From the NCBI GenBank assembly GCA_964636545.1, contig CAZWSR010000003.1, positions 6,947-70,946 of the forward strand: DNA of 64,000 bases, in the 5' to 3' direction. The position numbers and the translations under genes are program-made. Origin of the DNA: Candidatus Undinarchaeota archaeon (GTDB lineage Archaea > Undinarchaeota > Undinarchaeia > Undinarchaeales > UBA543). The stretch's first letter is position 1; the number at the start of each line of letters is the position of its first letter. Under the pieces are notes generated by a model. It was not told where the DNA came from and did not search any database. It saw only the letters and a list, made by a program, of their open reading frames with translations. Positions 19,496-29,842 of the stretch are shown piece after piece.

Positions 19496-20599
19496 ATGGA
19501 TTTCCTAGTGAAAAACGCAATAAGCAGAGAAGAAGAAAAGACCTCACCACTCGGTACAATGAATGCAAACATTGTTGTCGTTGGTGCAGGCGGTGCTGGT
19601 AACAACTCAATCACACGATTGATGAGCATGGGTGGAATTAAAGGTGCAAAAAGTGTGATAATGAACACAGATGCCCAGCATTTAGAAATGTCAAAAGCAG
19701 AAAAGAAGCTGTTATTGGGATATGCGCAAACAAAAGGACTTGGAGCAGGCGGATTCCCAGAAATTGGCAGGCAAGCGGCAGAAGCAAGCAAAAACGAGAT
19801 TAAGGACTGTGTAAAAGATGCAAATCTTGTTTTCTTGACATGTGGACTTGGTGGTGGAACTGGAACAGGCGCATTACCAGTTGTTGCTGAGATTGCAAAA
19901 AACTCTGGCGCAATTGTTGTAGCCACTGTCACAACTCCATTTGACCTGGAGAAAGCTCGCCTTGTAAAGGCTGAAGAAGGCCTTGTTGAATTACGCGAAC
20001 ATTGTGACACTGTAATCGTAGTTGACAACAACAAGTTGCTGGAATATGTGCCAGACCTGCCCGTAGATAAAGCTTTTGGGGTTGCTGACGAGCTAATAGC
20101 CACAATGATGAAGGGAATTTCAGAAACAATCACTGTGCCTAGCTTGATGAACCTTGATTATGCAGATGTTAAGTCAATAATGACTGGTGGCGGAGTTGCA
20201 ATGATCGGCGTTGGAGAAGCAGAAGGCAAAAACCGCGTTGAAGAGGCAGTGCACGACGCTATGAACCACCCATTATTGGATGTAGATTACAGAGGCGCAA
20301 GCGGAGCATTGATCCATGTAACAGGTGGACCAGGAATGACTCTTGCTGAAGTTACTGACGCAGGAGACGCTATTTCAGGCGCATTAGACCCAAGTGCCCA
20401 GGTGATATGGGGCGCTAGAATTGACCCACAGATGGAGGGTAAGATTCGAGTTATGACTATCATAACTGGAGTAAAAAGTCCTAACATTATGGGAAAGAGG
20501 CTGAGTATTGGAGACACTGTACCAACAACACAAACATCTAGAATAAGTGCAAAACAGCCACCCTTGATGAAAGAACTGTCCATCGACTATATTTCCTAA
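19496..20599 (+). CDS. ftsZ: Cell division GTPase FtsZ
   Basis: GAGGAGNN, GGGTGTG tubulin signature and NLDYADV; GGAGG SD upstream of ATG 19496. Confidence 0.96.
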   Translation: MDFLVKNAISREEEKTSPLGTMNANIVVVGAGGAGNNSITRLMSMGGIKGAKSVIMNTDAQHLEMSKAEKKLLLGYAQTKGLGAGGFPEIGRQAAEASKNEIKDCVKDANLVFLTCGLGGGTGTGALPVVAEIAKNSGAIVVATVTTPFDLEKARLVKAEEGLVELREHCDTVIVVDNNKLLEYVPDLPVDKAFGVADELIATMMKGISETITVPSLMNLDYADVKSIMTGGGVAMIGVGEAEGKNRVEEAVHDAMNHPLLDVDYRGASGALIHVTGGPGMTLAEVTDAGDAISGALDPSAQVIWGARIDPQMEGKIRVMTIITGVKSPNIMGKRLSIGDTVPTTQTSRISAKQPPLMKELSIDYIS

Positions 20600-20933
20600 G
20601 AACCTTTCTTTGGTTCTACTCTAGGAAAGCCATTCAAGCAGGGTCCCACCCACTATTTTTTAAGGGGGCCCTGCTTCCCACCCCTGTCAATATTTGAATT
20701 GGTTAAATTGGTTAATTGGTTATTGGATGGAAGTGCAGGGGACACTTCGTACTGCATGAAGCCCACTTCAGTAGTTTAAATTTGCGAAGCTGAAGGGGCT
20801 TAAACAATTCTATAGAAATTGGTTCGGTCTGCTATTTTTTGTTAAAATAGTAGTAATTATTTGCCATATAGACATTAATTAGGCCAAAAAAATGCTCTGA
20901 GGGTTTTAAACCCCAGAGCTATATCATTAATGC

Positions 20934-23900
20934 TTACTTCTTTTTGAGTGACCAGTATGCAATACCAGCTACTACAACCACTATTACAATCAACCAGTAT
21001 ACCCAAGTTGGGATGTCCATTGCTGTTGAAGGCACTGTTGTCTCAGTAGTGTCTTCTGCATCACCAGTTGAAACAACTGATGGACCATCATCTGCGCTGG
21101 AAGGTGCAGGTGTGTCAGCAACTGTTGTGTCACCTGTTCTTGCTGCAGCGAAACCAGATTCAACCTTAGTCACAGTAATGTCTGCAATTCCACGTTTCAC
21201 ACCGTTCAAGGTCAGTTTCAAGTCACTAATAGAATCACCATTCAAGTCAACATACTTTGGAGTAGCAATCTTCAAAGTGTAAGACATTGGAGTTGATGCA
21301 ATTGTAACAACTGCATAACCACTACCAACTTCTCTAACTGTCAGTGTATGGCTTTCTGAACTTGATGAACCAGTATCCTGGTCAAACACTTCAATGCTTA
21401 CGCCCATTACATCATCTGCAACCAACTGAACATTTGCTTCTTCAACAATGTTGTTTGTTGCAGAATCAATAGCTTCTTCGAAGTATTGCTCGATTGGAGT
21501 TGGACTAGAAGCAGTACCACCACTACCAGCACCGCCAGAGCCTGCACCAGAAGTATCTTCCTCTCCGCCACCACAGGTAGCAGTTGTGAAGTCCCAGGTG
21601 TATTGAGTTGCAAGTGAGTTGTTGGCAGAATCCTCAACTGAAGTTTCTATGGTTGCATTATACTTTGTACCACAAGTCAAGGAGTTGTTTGGATTCATAG
21701 TTATTGTAGTGTTATCGCTTGTGCTTATTACATTGCCAATACCAGTACCATCTGTTTTATTGATCCATAAGTTGGTCACTGTGATTGTGCTCATATCCAT
21801 CTTGTCATTAAATGTAATCACAATATCGTCAGTGATATCAACACCAGTGTTTCCATCACCAGGTACAGTTAATGTTACATTTGGCTGCTCATCATCCTGT
21901 GCTCTTATTTCTAGCTCAATACCACTGAAGTGAGGAACTCTAATCCAAATCATTTCTTCAGCTGGAGTGATGTAAGCAAAGGAAGTACCAGTAGCTAGTT
22001 TAACAGCAGTTGTGTTGTTAACAATCATACCAGTTCCATTCCAGTAAGTTGAGTAACTGAAGTACCTGTTGGTTATAGGAGTGTCATTCCACTCTTCATA
22101 CAAGAATGTAGATGCATTAACTAAAGGAGTTGATCCATTTGGATTCCACTCAACATTCCAATTCTCATCATAGAAGTTGAGAACAGATACATTGATGATA
22201 CCAGTTTCATTGAACCTTGAGTCATTATATGGAAGTCCAAGGATTACATAATCATATGAATCGCGTGGGATAAAGCTACCAACAATCCAAGTTTCAACTA
22301 AATTAGAATCACTTTCTGTATTGTTTGAATTGTCATCTTCTGTCTTTATAGAAGTTCTGTTGAAGTGAACATCAGGTACAACACCAACTAAAGAGTTAAC
22401 ACCAGCATAGTGCACAGTGAAGTTAGTTGCTACATCAACAACTCTCAAACTGTAGTTTCCACCACCTAGGGCAGTTTGTAATACATCAAAGTCTCCTGCA
22501 GAGTAGTTGTAACCACCAGAAGGCTGATCTGGGAATTGAGCAGTACATGGACCAGATGCATTAGAGAAGTTACCTTCATTACAGGTTGTGTTGTGTGTTA
22601 ATCTCTGTACAGTTACACTTGGAAGTGAAGTTCCATCACGCTGAGAGTTCTTGTAGGAATCCATTGTCAATGTAACGGAAGTTCCAGACAAGTTACCTGC
22701 AACAAGACCAACTGCTTTGTATGAGGAAAATCTAGTATCAGTGGTGTACACATTTATCTTGTCAATTGGTGCGCTGAACACAGGTATGGAGAAGTTTCCA
22801 TTACCACCAGTTCCGCGAACAGACTTGACCCAAGTAAATGCAGTTGTGTTGTTGTTCATACTAGTATCATTAACATATGCAGTGTAGTTCACATCAACTG
22901 TAACATGTGCATATCTTGGACTGACATTGCCGTTTGTTAAGTTGAAGGTCATCAACTTAGATGTTACTGTCCAAGGTGTACTCTCATATGTACTATTAGG
23001 AATAGAGATATTATATACGTCTCCTTGAAGCTCGTATGCAGTCATTGCAAAGTCAGTTATATTGAATGTATTATACCCTTGTGCAGCTGCGCCATCAACA
23101 ACCATTGTGATGTTTCTAAATGCACCATAATAGGTAAGGTTGCTCTCAACACAAGTTGCTCCGCCGGAACAATTGGTTAATGCAGCAAACAACATAATTG
23201 TAATGTTCTCAGATGATTTGTTACCATCCAAAGACAAAGATGAATTTGCATCGCCTACTGGAAGAGTTATGTTGAAATTACCAGTTGCAGGAATATATAT
23301 ATCAGTGTATGTTGAGCCTGCAATTCCACTTAAATTGAAAGGCAACATACCATCTTCATCAAGACGCCCCTTACCATCCATTATCCATGCCATCATAGTC
23401 ATGTTGTCAAAGGTATTACTTGTCCCATTATCAACTGTTGTAACATTACCTGAAACCCAAATAAATGGAAGTTCATTAAGAGTATCATTAACTTTCCTGA
23501 CACCAGGAGCTAACAATGTTACATTGTTACACAATGAGAATGCAACAATTGAACTTGTATTGTAGATGTGGTAAGTAAATGGTATTGAAGTGTTTGGATA
23601 TACCATCATAGTGTAGTTTCTTCCTCTTGGCAAACCAACTGAAAGATGAGTTACACCAGCTTTGAGCTCTTCATATACAACAAAACTTGTGTTCGCATCA
23701 TATATCTTATATTTGAAAGTTAGGTTGATTGCACCTGTTAAATCAGCATCAAGAGATTCGCCTAATCTAAGATCGAGATCATCACCAGATGTGTTGTTCA
23801 TTACAGTTACATTAAGTGTGTATGCTTCCTGGATGTAGACACTTAAGTTAGATAGTGTGTGTAGTTCTGTAACAGATATTGGAGGTAGGAATGAACCTGT

Positions 23901-24254
23901 AAAGTTCTTAGTAGCAGCAGGAGTTCCATTCAGTACACGTAGTTTGTATGTGTAACCACCAGTGTTCCAGTTTCCAGAAGTATTATTGTAGATACCAGTT
24001 ATGTTCCAGGTACCATTGTGATCAGAAACACTCCAGTTTGTGAAAACTTCAGTTGTGCCATTATAAACTTGTATTGACACATTCATTCCAGCAGCAGTGT
24101 TTCCAGAAGTATTATAAACCATACCAGAAAGATTGAAAGTTTCATTCATTCTAGCAGAGTTACATTTTTCTGCAGCAGTACATGCAGCTTGTGCACTGCC
24201 TGCAATGCAGAGCAGTGTTAGTAGTATAGCAAAAAATACAATTGTTTTTTTCAT
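20934..24254 (-). CDS. Large secreted surface glycoprotein with an SbsA/Big_5-like Ig domain and a C-terminal TM anchor
   Basis: Signal peptide MKKTIVFFAILLTLLCIAGSAQA (alternative start 24266); dense sequons; VPGDGNTGVDITDDIVITFN...YTWDFTT domain; TM helix followed by KKK. Confidence 0.85.
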   Translation of the reverse strand: MKKTIVFFAILLTLLCIAGSAQAACTAAEKCNSARMNETFNLSGMVYNTSGNTAAGMNVSIQVYNGTTEVFTNWSVSDHNGTWNITGIYNNTSGNWNTGGYTYKLRVLNGTPAATKNFTGSFLPPISVTELHTLSNLSVYIQEAYTLNVTVMNNTSGDDLDLRLGESLDADLTGAINLTFKYKIYDANTSFVVYEELKAGVTHLSVGLPRGRNYTMMVYPNTSIPFTYHIYNTSSIVAFSLCNNVTLLAPGVRKVNDTLNELPFIWVSGNVTTVDNGTSNTFDNMTMMAWIMDGKGRLDEDGMLPFNLSGIAGSTYTDIYIPATGNFNITLPVGDANSSLSLDGNKSSENITIMLFAALTNCSGGATCVESNLTYYGAFRNITMVVDGAAAQGYNTFNITDFAMTAYELQGDVYNISIPNSTYESTPWTVTSKLMTFNLTNGNVSPRYAHVTVDVNYTAYVNDTSMNNNTTAFTWVKSVRGTGGNGNFSIPVFSAPIDKINVYTTDTRFSSYKAVGLVAGNLSGTSVTLTMDSYKNSQRDGTSLPSVTVQRLTHNTTCNEGNFSNASGPCTAQFPDQPSGGYNYSAGDFDVLQTALGGGNYSLRVVDVATNFTVHYAGVNSLVGVVPDVHFNRTSIKTEDDNSNNTESDSNLVETWIVGSFIPRDSYDYVILGLPYNDSRFNETGIINVSVLNFYDENWNVEWNPNGSTPLVNASTFLYEEWNDTPITNRYFSYSTYWNGTGMIVNNTTAVKLATGTSFAYITPAEEMIWIRVPHFSGIELEIRAQDDEQPNVTLTVPGDGNTGVDITDDIVITFNDKMDMSTITVTNLWINKTDGTGIGNVISTSDNTTITMNPNNSLTCGTKYNATIETSVEDSANNSLATQYTWDFTTATCGGGEEDTSGAGSGGAGSGGTASSPTPIEQYFEEAIDSATNNIVEEANVQLVADDVMGVSIEVFDQDTGSSSSESHTLTVREVGSGYAVVTIASTPMSYTLKIATPKYVDLNGDSISDLKLTLNGVKRGIADITVTKVESGFAAARTGDTTVADTPAPSSADDGPSVVSTGDAEDTTETTVPSTAMDIPTWVYWLIVIVVVVAGIAYWSLKKK

Positions 24255-24371
24255 TGGATTCCCCATTCTGAACGAAGCTAGTTACATAACCTTTATATAC
24301 CTTTCGCCGAGGTCAAAAAAATCTAAAACCGATAGCAAGCAAGGTAGAAATTCGTAAAAAGTGTGAAAAAA

Positions 24372-26045
24372 TTACTTGTGAGAGAGGATAAATTTATTTT
24401 TTGTTTCTTTTTTGCAGAACCCAAATCTCTCAAACTGGACAACGCCTTCCGGTTTTATGTCAGCAACTACAGCTTCAGCTTTTCCTTTAATTTTTTTCAA
24501 ACCATCTTTTCCAACTTCGCCAGGGACAGTAACTTCAATTTCAATGTTCTCTTCAGTAACCCACTGTATCTTGCTTGTGTTTGGTTTGACTTCAACTGAA
24601 TCAAATTCTGCTTTACCTTTTCCAATATATTTGACATTAAATAAATCCTTTAATCTGAAAATATTTCCCTTTTTCAAATTCTTTTCATCATCAGAACTGA
24701 TGTAAAAAATATCATTTGTTTTTACTTTTCGTGTTCCGTGCTCTGGATGATTTGGATGCATTTTTAGCTCAGCTGTTTTTCCAGTAGCGCCCTTGACAGT
24801 GAGCTTAACTGGAGTTGGAACAAAGAAATATCTGTCTGCTTGCTCATCCAAAATCTTCCGGTTGATACCGAAAATGGTTTTGTAATCAATAGTAGTTGAG
24901 CTCTTTGTCATCCGAACTTCCAATGCAAGTTGGCGCAAAGTCTCTGGTAAAATACCTCGTTTTTTCAATCCTTTAATTGTCACAAGTCGTGGATCATCCC
25001 AGCCAGTTACGTCGCCGCTATCGATTAATGGTTGGATTTCTCTTTTGGAAGTTGGAGCACCACTTGTATTTATTCTAGAGTAGGAAATAATTTCAGGATT
25101 TTTGTAGCCAAGAAGTTCGCGTAATTTGTTCTGCAGTTCATCCCTTTGCACAAATTCATTTGACCTTAGCACATGAGTTATTCCGCTTTCAGCATCAGCA
25201 ATTGAATTTGCAAAATCATAAAGTGGCCACACACGGTACTTTTTCTTCTGTAATGGATGACTGTCCTCAACAATTCTGAAAAGAGTTGGATCGCGCATCA
25301 CACTGTTTTTTGCCTGCATGTCTGCTTTCAACCTAAGGACTGCTGTTCCTTTTTCCATATCTTTCAGCATTTTGTTCCAGAGTTCAAGGTTCTTCTTTGC
25401 ATCCTGTTTCCTGCATTTGCAATCTTTTCCATCATATCTATTTTTTCTGGACGTCTCAACAGGACATGAACAAATATACACATAATTATTTTTTATCAAC
25501 TGTTCTGCTTTCTCATAAAAAAGATCAATAAAATCTGAGTCGTTTTTCCTCTCTATATATATTATACCAAGCCAGTCAATATCTTCAGCAATTGAATCAT
25601 AGAATTCTTTTTTTTCTTTTCCAGGATTTGTATCCTCGAATCTCAGTAAAAGTTTGCCTTTGTACTTCTTGGCGTAATACTCATTAAAGAAAAATGAAAT
25701 TGCGTGGCCAATATGCATGTGCCCATTTGGCTCAGGTGGTAGACGAGTTACAACTTTTCCAATTTTTGCATTTGGTAATTCCGGAAGCTCGCGAGGCCCT
25801 TCCTTCTCTTTTGGTTTGAAAAAGTCTGGCCAGAGTTCAAGTAATCTTTTTTCCTGATCATCAGCTCTCATCAAGTTCACTTTGTTTGTTACCTCTGCAA
25901 TCTGATTTTGAATTTTCTTAATATTGTTCTTGAGCTTTGGATCTTCAGAAAGCACTCTGCCAATAACAGCGCCAATGTTCGCTTTTCCATTATGCTGCAC
26001 AGCATTTGCAAGTGCGTGCTTCTCAATTAACTCATCAGGTTTCAT
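24372..26045 (-). CDS. gltX: Glutamate--tRNA ligase
   Basis: RLPPEPNGHMHIGH (HIGH motif), LRFEDTNP and THVLRSNE. Confidence 0.95.
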   Translation of the reverse strand: MKPDELIEKHALANAVQHNGKANIGAVIGRVLSEDPKLKNNIKKIQNQIAEVTNKVNLMRADDQEKRLLELWPDFFKPKEKEGPRELPELPNAKIGKVVTRLPPEPNGHMHIGHAISFFFNEYYAKKYKGKLLLRFEDTNPGKEKKEFYDSIAEDIDWLGIIYIERKNDSDFIDLFYEKAEQLIKNNYVYICSCPVETSRKNRYDGKDCKCRKQDAKKNLELWNKMLKDMEKGTAVLRLKADMQAKNSVMRDPTLFRIVEDSHPLQKKKYRVWPLYDFANSIADAESGITHVLRSNEFVQRDELQNKLRELLGYKNPEIISYSRINTSGAPTSKREIQPLIDSGDVTGWDDPRLVTIKGLKKRGILPETLRQLALEVRMTKSSTTIDYKTIFGINRKILDEQADRYFFVPTPVKLTVKGATGKTAELKMHPNHPEHGTRKVKTNDIFYISSDDEKNLKKGNIFRLKDLFNVKYIGKGKAEFDSVEVKPNTSKIQWVTEENIEIEVTVPGEVGKDGLKKIKGKAEAVVADIKPEGVVQFERFGFCKKETKNKFILSHK

Positions 26046-26102
26046 TGTTGATTGGGTAAGATGTTGTATTATATAAATGGTTTGAGTTAGTTGAATTATA
26101 TA

Positions 26103-26175
26103 TTAAGGTAGTAGGCAGTTGGCACTAGGTAGTAGGTCTTACCCACTGCCCCCTGCCCACCACCCACAACCTTAA
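26103..26175. repeat. GGTAGTA-family heptamer hairpin, both arms, bounded by TTAAGGT...ACCTTAA
   Basis: ttaa ggtagta ggcagtt ggcacta ggtagta ggtcttacc cactgcc ccctgcc caccacc cacaacc ttaa. Confidence 0.85.
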
Positions 26176-26230
26176 CAAACAAGTCAGCTGATTAGTTACT
26201 TTTATAAACTTGCCAGAATAATCCCCAACT

Positions 26231-27136
26231 ATGGTAAAACACGAACTTGTAACATGGGTCAAAGATGGTCTAACAAAAGGCCATGAACTTGAGAAATTAT
26301 TAAGCAATCTCAAGACGCAGGGTTATCCTGATGTTGATATTGTTGAAGTGCGTTCTCATGTCACAGGGAAAAAACCAGCTCCAAAAATCCAAGCGAAATC
26401 AGTAGGAGGGGGCACATTTATGCAAGTTATGCGCTGGCTAAGTGGAATATTTTTTGAGCCACATAATACAATCAAACAAATTGCAGATCATGCCAGACAC
26501 ATCCATGTTGCACTTATGGGTGGAATAGCAGTTGCAGTTGTTTTCAGTGCATTTTTGTTAAACAGTATAATGATAGAAGGACTACAAACTTTGCCGTCAC
26601 AAGTGATGAGCAAATTCAGTTTAATAATTTCACCACAAGGAAGTTTTGCAAAAGTCATTGGTTTTGGTGAGCTCTCAATTTCAGGAATTTTCGCAAACAT
26701 AATTGCAGGGGTTCTGCACTATTTCATTCCACTGCTTGGTATCGCTTTCTTAGCACATATGATCCTAAAAGGAATCTATCAGAAAAATAATATGTGGACT
26801 GCTTACAAAGCAATTGGAATACCGTACGGAGCTGGAACAATTGCAATAAGTTTACTAAATCTTTTGCTTGTTCCATTCCTTTTCATTGCAGAGCAAGTTG
26901 GATCAGCAAGCTTTTTTGCAAAAGCAATTACAGGCGTGATATTAATTGTGCAAATGGGAATAATCTTTTTTGGAATTGCAATTGCAATTTACACTTATGT
27001 GGCATATGCAATGGTAATAAAAGAAAAATACGAAACCAAAACATTGATGGCAATTGGAGTTTCAGTTGTAAGTGGCTTCTTTGTTGTAAAAGTGATTCTA
27101 CCGCTTTTGGTTCTTCTTGTTGCAAGCTTATTCTAG
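26231..27136 (+). CDS. Yip1-like multi-pass membrane protein with a small N-terminal helical domain
   Basis: Soluble N-terminal helical segment followed by about 5 TM helices. Confidence 0.65.
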   Translation: MVKHELVTWVKDGLTKGHELEKLLSNLKTQGYPDVDIVEVRSHVTGKKPAPKIQAKSVGGGTFMQVMRWLSGIFFEPHNTIKQIADHARHIHVALMGGIAVAVVFSAFLLNSIMIEGLQTLPSQVMSKFSLIISPQGSFAKVIGFGELSISGIFANIIAGVLHYFIPLLGIAFLAHMILKGIYQKNNMWTAYKAIGIPYGAGTIAISLLNLLLVPFLFIAEQVGSASFFAKAITGVILIVQMGIIFFGIAIAIYTYVAYAMVIKEKYETKTLMAIGVSVVSGFFVVKVILPLLVLLVASLF

Positions 27137-28468
27137 TTTTTTGTCAAGCTGAAGGCGCTGACCATTTTGGAGAATGTGCATTGTTTCTCCAAGCAAATAT
27201 TTGTCATCCCGTCTCTCTGAAGCGAGCTTAGCATAAGAACTTAATTTATCCAATCCACCGTGACAAGGTATCACATGATCTGGGTTTAGCATTGTAAGAA
27301 GATCTCGATGATCCTCTTTTCCAGCGTGTCCACTAACATGCACATCTCGGAAAATTCGGGCTCCATAGAATTGTAATTTTCTTTCAAGAATATCTCGATT
27401 TGCAATATTACTTGGATTAGGAATTGTACTGCAGGAGAAAATAACCTCATCCCCTGGATCAATTTTGTATTCATATTCGCCATTAGCAATTCTGGAAAGA
27501 ACAGCATTTGGCTCACCCTGACCACCAGTAACCACAAAGATGTAGTCCTTTTTGTTTTTGGCTGCTTCATTCAAAGCTTTCTTTCGTCCTTTGCTTCTGC
27601 CATAAATTTCAAATTCTGTAAAGTCACGGATCCCACAATTCTGCGCAACTTTCATGTATTTTGACATTGAGCTTCCGCAGAAAACAATCTGTCTTCCAAG
27701 TTTTTTGCCAACTTCCAAAATAGAATTTAGACGCTCAATGTGTGAGCTGAAACAAGTAACAAGAATCCCATTATTGTCATTCAGTGTCTCAGTCATTGTG
27801 TCATTTAGCATTTGTTTTGCAACAACTTCTGACGGAGTTTTGCTAGGATCATCAGCCCTAACAGATTCCACAATCATTGCTTTGACACCTTCTTTCCCCA
27901 GCTTCTGAAGACGCTTGTAATCTGGTGGTTTTTCAAGAGCCTGATAATTATCAAATTTGTAATCATTGGCGTAGAAAACAACTCCTTCAGCTGTGTGAAG
28001 TGCAGTGAAAGTTGTTTGTGGAGTTGAGTGAGTTACATGCAAAAATTCAACAGCAAGATCACCAAGCTCCATCACTTCTCCAAATTGCATTTCAACAAAT
28101 TTAGTTGGCTTTTCCCGCTCTTCTTTTAGGTTTTCCTTGAGGATGCCAAGAGTAAATGGTGTTCCAACAATTGGCGCATTATATTTTTTAGCTAGTTTTC
28201 CAATTGCACCAATATGGTCAAGGTGAGCATGTGAAGCAATAATTGCAGAGACCTGACCGCGATATTTGTCAAGAACTGTGTCGTCAGGAACCACACCCAT
28301 GCGAGTAAGTTCTGGCTCGCCCAAAGCTTCTACAGATTCACCCCAAAGAAGGAGCTTATCCAAGGCAATTCCCATGTCCATAATAACGACTTGGTCATCA
28401 ACCTTAACTGCGGTCATATTTTGTCCAACTTCTTCATAACCGCCTACAGCGAAAATTTCTATTGTCAT
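27128..28468 (-). CDS. rnj: Ribonuclease J (MBL/beta-CASP)
   Basis: AVGGYEEVGQNMT, SHAHLDHIG and HVSGHA. Confidence 0.93.
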   Translation of the reverse strand: MTIEIFAVGGYEEVGQNMTAVKVDDQVVIMDMGIALDKLLLWGESVEALGEPELTRMGVVPDDTVLDKYRGQVSAIIASHAHLDHIGAIGKLAKKYNAPIVGTPFTLGILKENLKEEREKPTKFVEMQFGEVMELGDLAVEFLHVTHSTPQTTFTALHTAEGVVFYANDYKFDNYQALEKPPDYKRLQKLGKEGVKAMIVESVRADDPSKTPSEVVAKQMLNDTMTETLNDNNGILVTCFSSHIERLNSILEVGKKLGRQIVFCGSSMSKYMKVAQNCGIRDFTEFEIYGRSKGRKKALNEAAKNKKDYIFVVTGGQGEPNAVLSRIANGEYEYKIDPGDEVIFSCSTIPNPSNIANRDILERKLQFYGARIFRDVHVSGHAGKEDHRDLLTMLNPDHVIPCHGGLDKLSSYAKLASERRDDKYLLGETMHILQNGQRLQLDKKLE

Positions 28469-28519
28469 AATTGCAGATAACTGTTGTGGGTTTATAAAAG
28501 TATGCCAACTAATGCAAGT

Positions 28520-29365
28520 TTACTCAAAAATTACACTACCATATCCAACAACTTTTGTCAAGTCTTTTGTTGTATCTCCAGAAGTTGCGTATTTTAGCAA
28601 ATGACCGGTCTGTGCATGTCTGCTTTGCGCATAAGACATTGCAGAAATTATTGGACCTTTGCCGCAGATGCTTGGTTTCTTCGCTGTCAAGTATTGGTTG
28701 AATCCGAAAATATCTAATGCTTCAATTTTCTGAAGAGCTCCAGAATCCATTGCCTCGGCCTGTTTTTGAGTAATGTAATGCGAGAAATCAGTACTTGCAA
28801 TAACTGTAACTTTCTTTTTTTCACAAACTTTTGCAATTGCATCCCCAAGCTCTTGAGCCACATTTAGTTCATGTCTGGCCATGCAAATTGGAACAATTTT
28901 GAACTTCTTTGTTTTCTGAACATGTTGTAAGAAAGGTAATTGAACTTCAATTGAATGCTCGTATAGGTGCGCTGCTTCTTCAATATCAATGGTTCCGGTT
29001 TCATCAACTAAATCTTGAGCAATCTTGTCATCAATTTTAATTTGACCAAGTGGAGTTGCCCATGCACCTGCTCCACTAATTGAAATTGGGGCTCCCTGGC
29101 CAGTGTGATTTGGACCTAGTATAATATATGTATCAGCCTGCTGGCTGTATTTTATTACATTGTAAAAGTGCGCAGCAACAGGACCAGAGTAGGTATAACC
29201 AGCATGAGGCGCAATACCTGCAGTAACCATTGGGAACTTTTTAGAAGGTGCTTTCTTAAGAATTCCTGGACCTAGCTTTGACTTAAAACAAGCATCCAAT
29301 TGCTTAACAAGCTCAGGTTTTGTGCCAGCATAAAACTGGCCAGCGACTGCCGGTGCTCTTACCAT
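28520..29365 (-). CDS. MEMO1 family protein (AmmeMemoRadiSam protein B)
   Basis: VRAPAVAGQFY, PHAGYTYSG, EHSIEVQLPFLQ, STDFSHY and ICGKGPI. Confidence 0.93.
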   Translation of the reverse strand: MVRAPAVAGQFYAGTKPELVKQLDACFKSKLGPGILKKAPSKKFPMVTAGIAPHAGYTYSGPVAAHFYNVIKYSQQADTYIILGPNHTGQGAPISISGAGAWATPLGQIKIDDKIAQDLVDETGTIDIEEAAHLYEHSIEVQLPFLQHVQKTKKFKIVPICMARHELNVAQELGDAIAKVCEKKKVTVIASTDFSHYITQKQAEAMDSGALQKIEALDIFGFNQYLTAKKPSICGKGPIISAMSYAQSRHAQTGHLLKYATSGDTTKDLTKVVGYGSVIFE

Positions 29366-29422
29366 GCTAAGTTTTGTAAAAATAATGATTTATAAGTTTA
29401 TCCAATGGGTTAAATTGGTTCG

Positions 29423-29457
29423 GGTAGTAGGCAGGGGGCAGGGGGTAGTAGGATTAG
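29423..29457. repeat. GGTAGTA-family heptamer arm
   Basis: ggtagta ggcaggg ggcaggg ggtagta ggattag. Confidence 0.8.
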
Positions 29458-29491
29458 GAAAAGGTTTATACTAAAAAAACAAACAGAGATT

Positions 29492-29842
29492 GTGAAAATA
29501 AAAAAAGTAAAAGATGTTGAAGATTTTAAAAAAGGCGATGAGGTTCTTGTAATACATGAAAGTAAGTTTCCATCAATGAGATTTATGTTTCATGGAAAAT
29601 TCTTGGACATTAATAGAGGAATAAAAGTAAAGGGAGCTGACAAAAAAGGAGAAGGATGGATACGGTTCACAGACATTATTCAACTGCCACTGACAACCTT
29701 TCTGGGGGACGAAAAAAGAATTAAGCATATAGTAAAGATTCTGAGAAAACTTGAAGACCCAAAACATCCGCGTGAGAAAGGGCCAAAAGGATACCATCTA
29801 AGTATTACTAAAAAAGGTTGGACTGCTTACAAAATAAGTTAA
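29492..29842 (+). CDS. Small basic hypothetical protein
   Basis: 116 aa, GTG start, TTTATA box upstream; convergent with and abutting rps2. Confidence 0.55.
   Translation: MKIKKVKDVEDFKKGDEVLVIHESKFPSMRFMFHGKFLDINRGIKVKGADKKGEGWIRFTDIIQLPLTTFLGDEKRIKHIVKILRKLEDPKHPREKGPKGYHLSITKKGWTAYKIS

Noticed and set aside
19405-20133. 242-aa minus-strand ORF
   Set aside because: Antisense to ftsZ; typical shadow ORF.
20600-20933. RNase P RNA or SRP RNA
   Set aside because: No GAGGAAAGUCC-type P4 motif or SRP helix-8 motif, and too AT-rich. Kept only as an unknown structured region.
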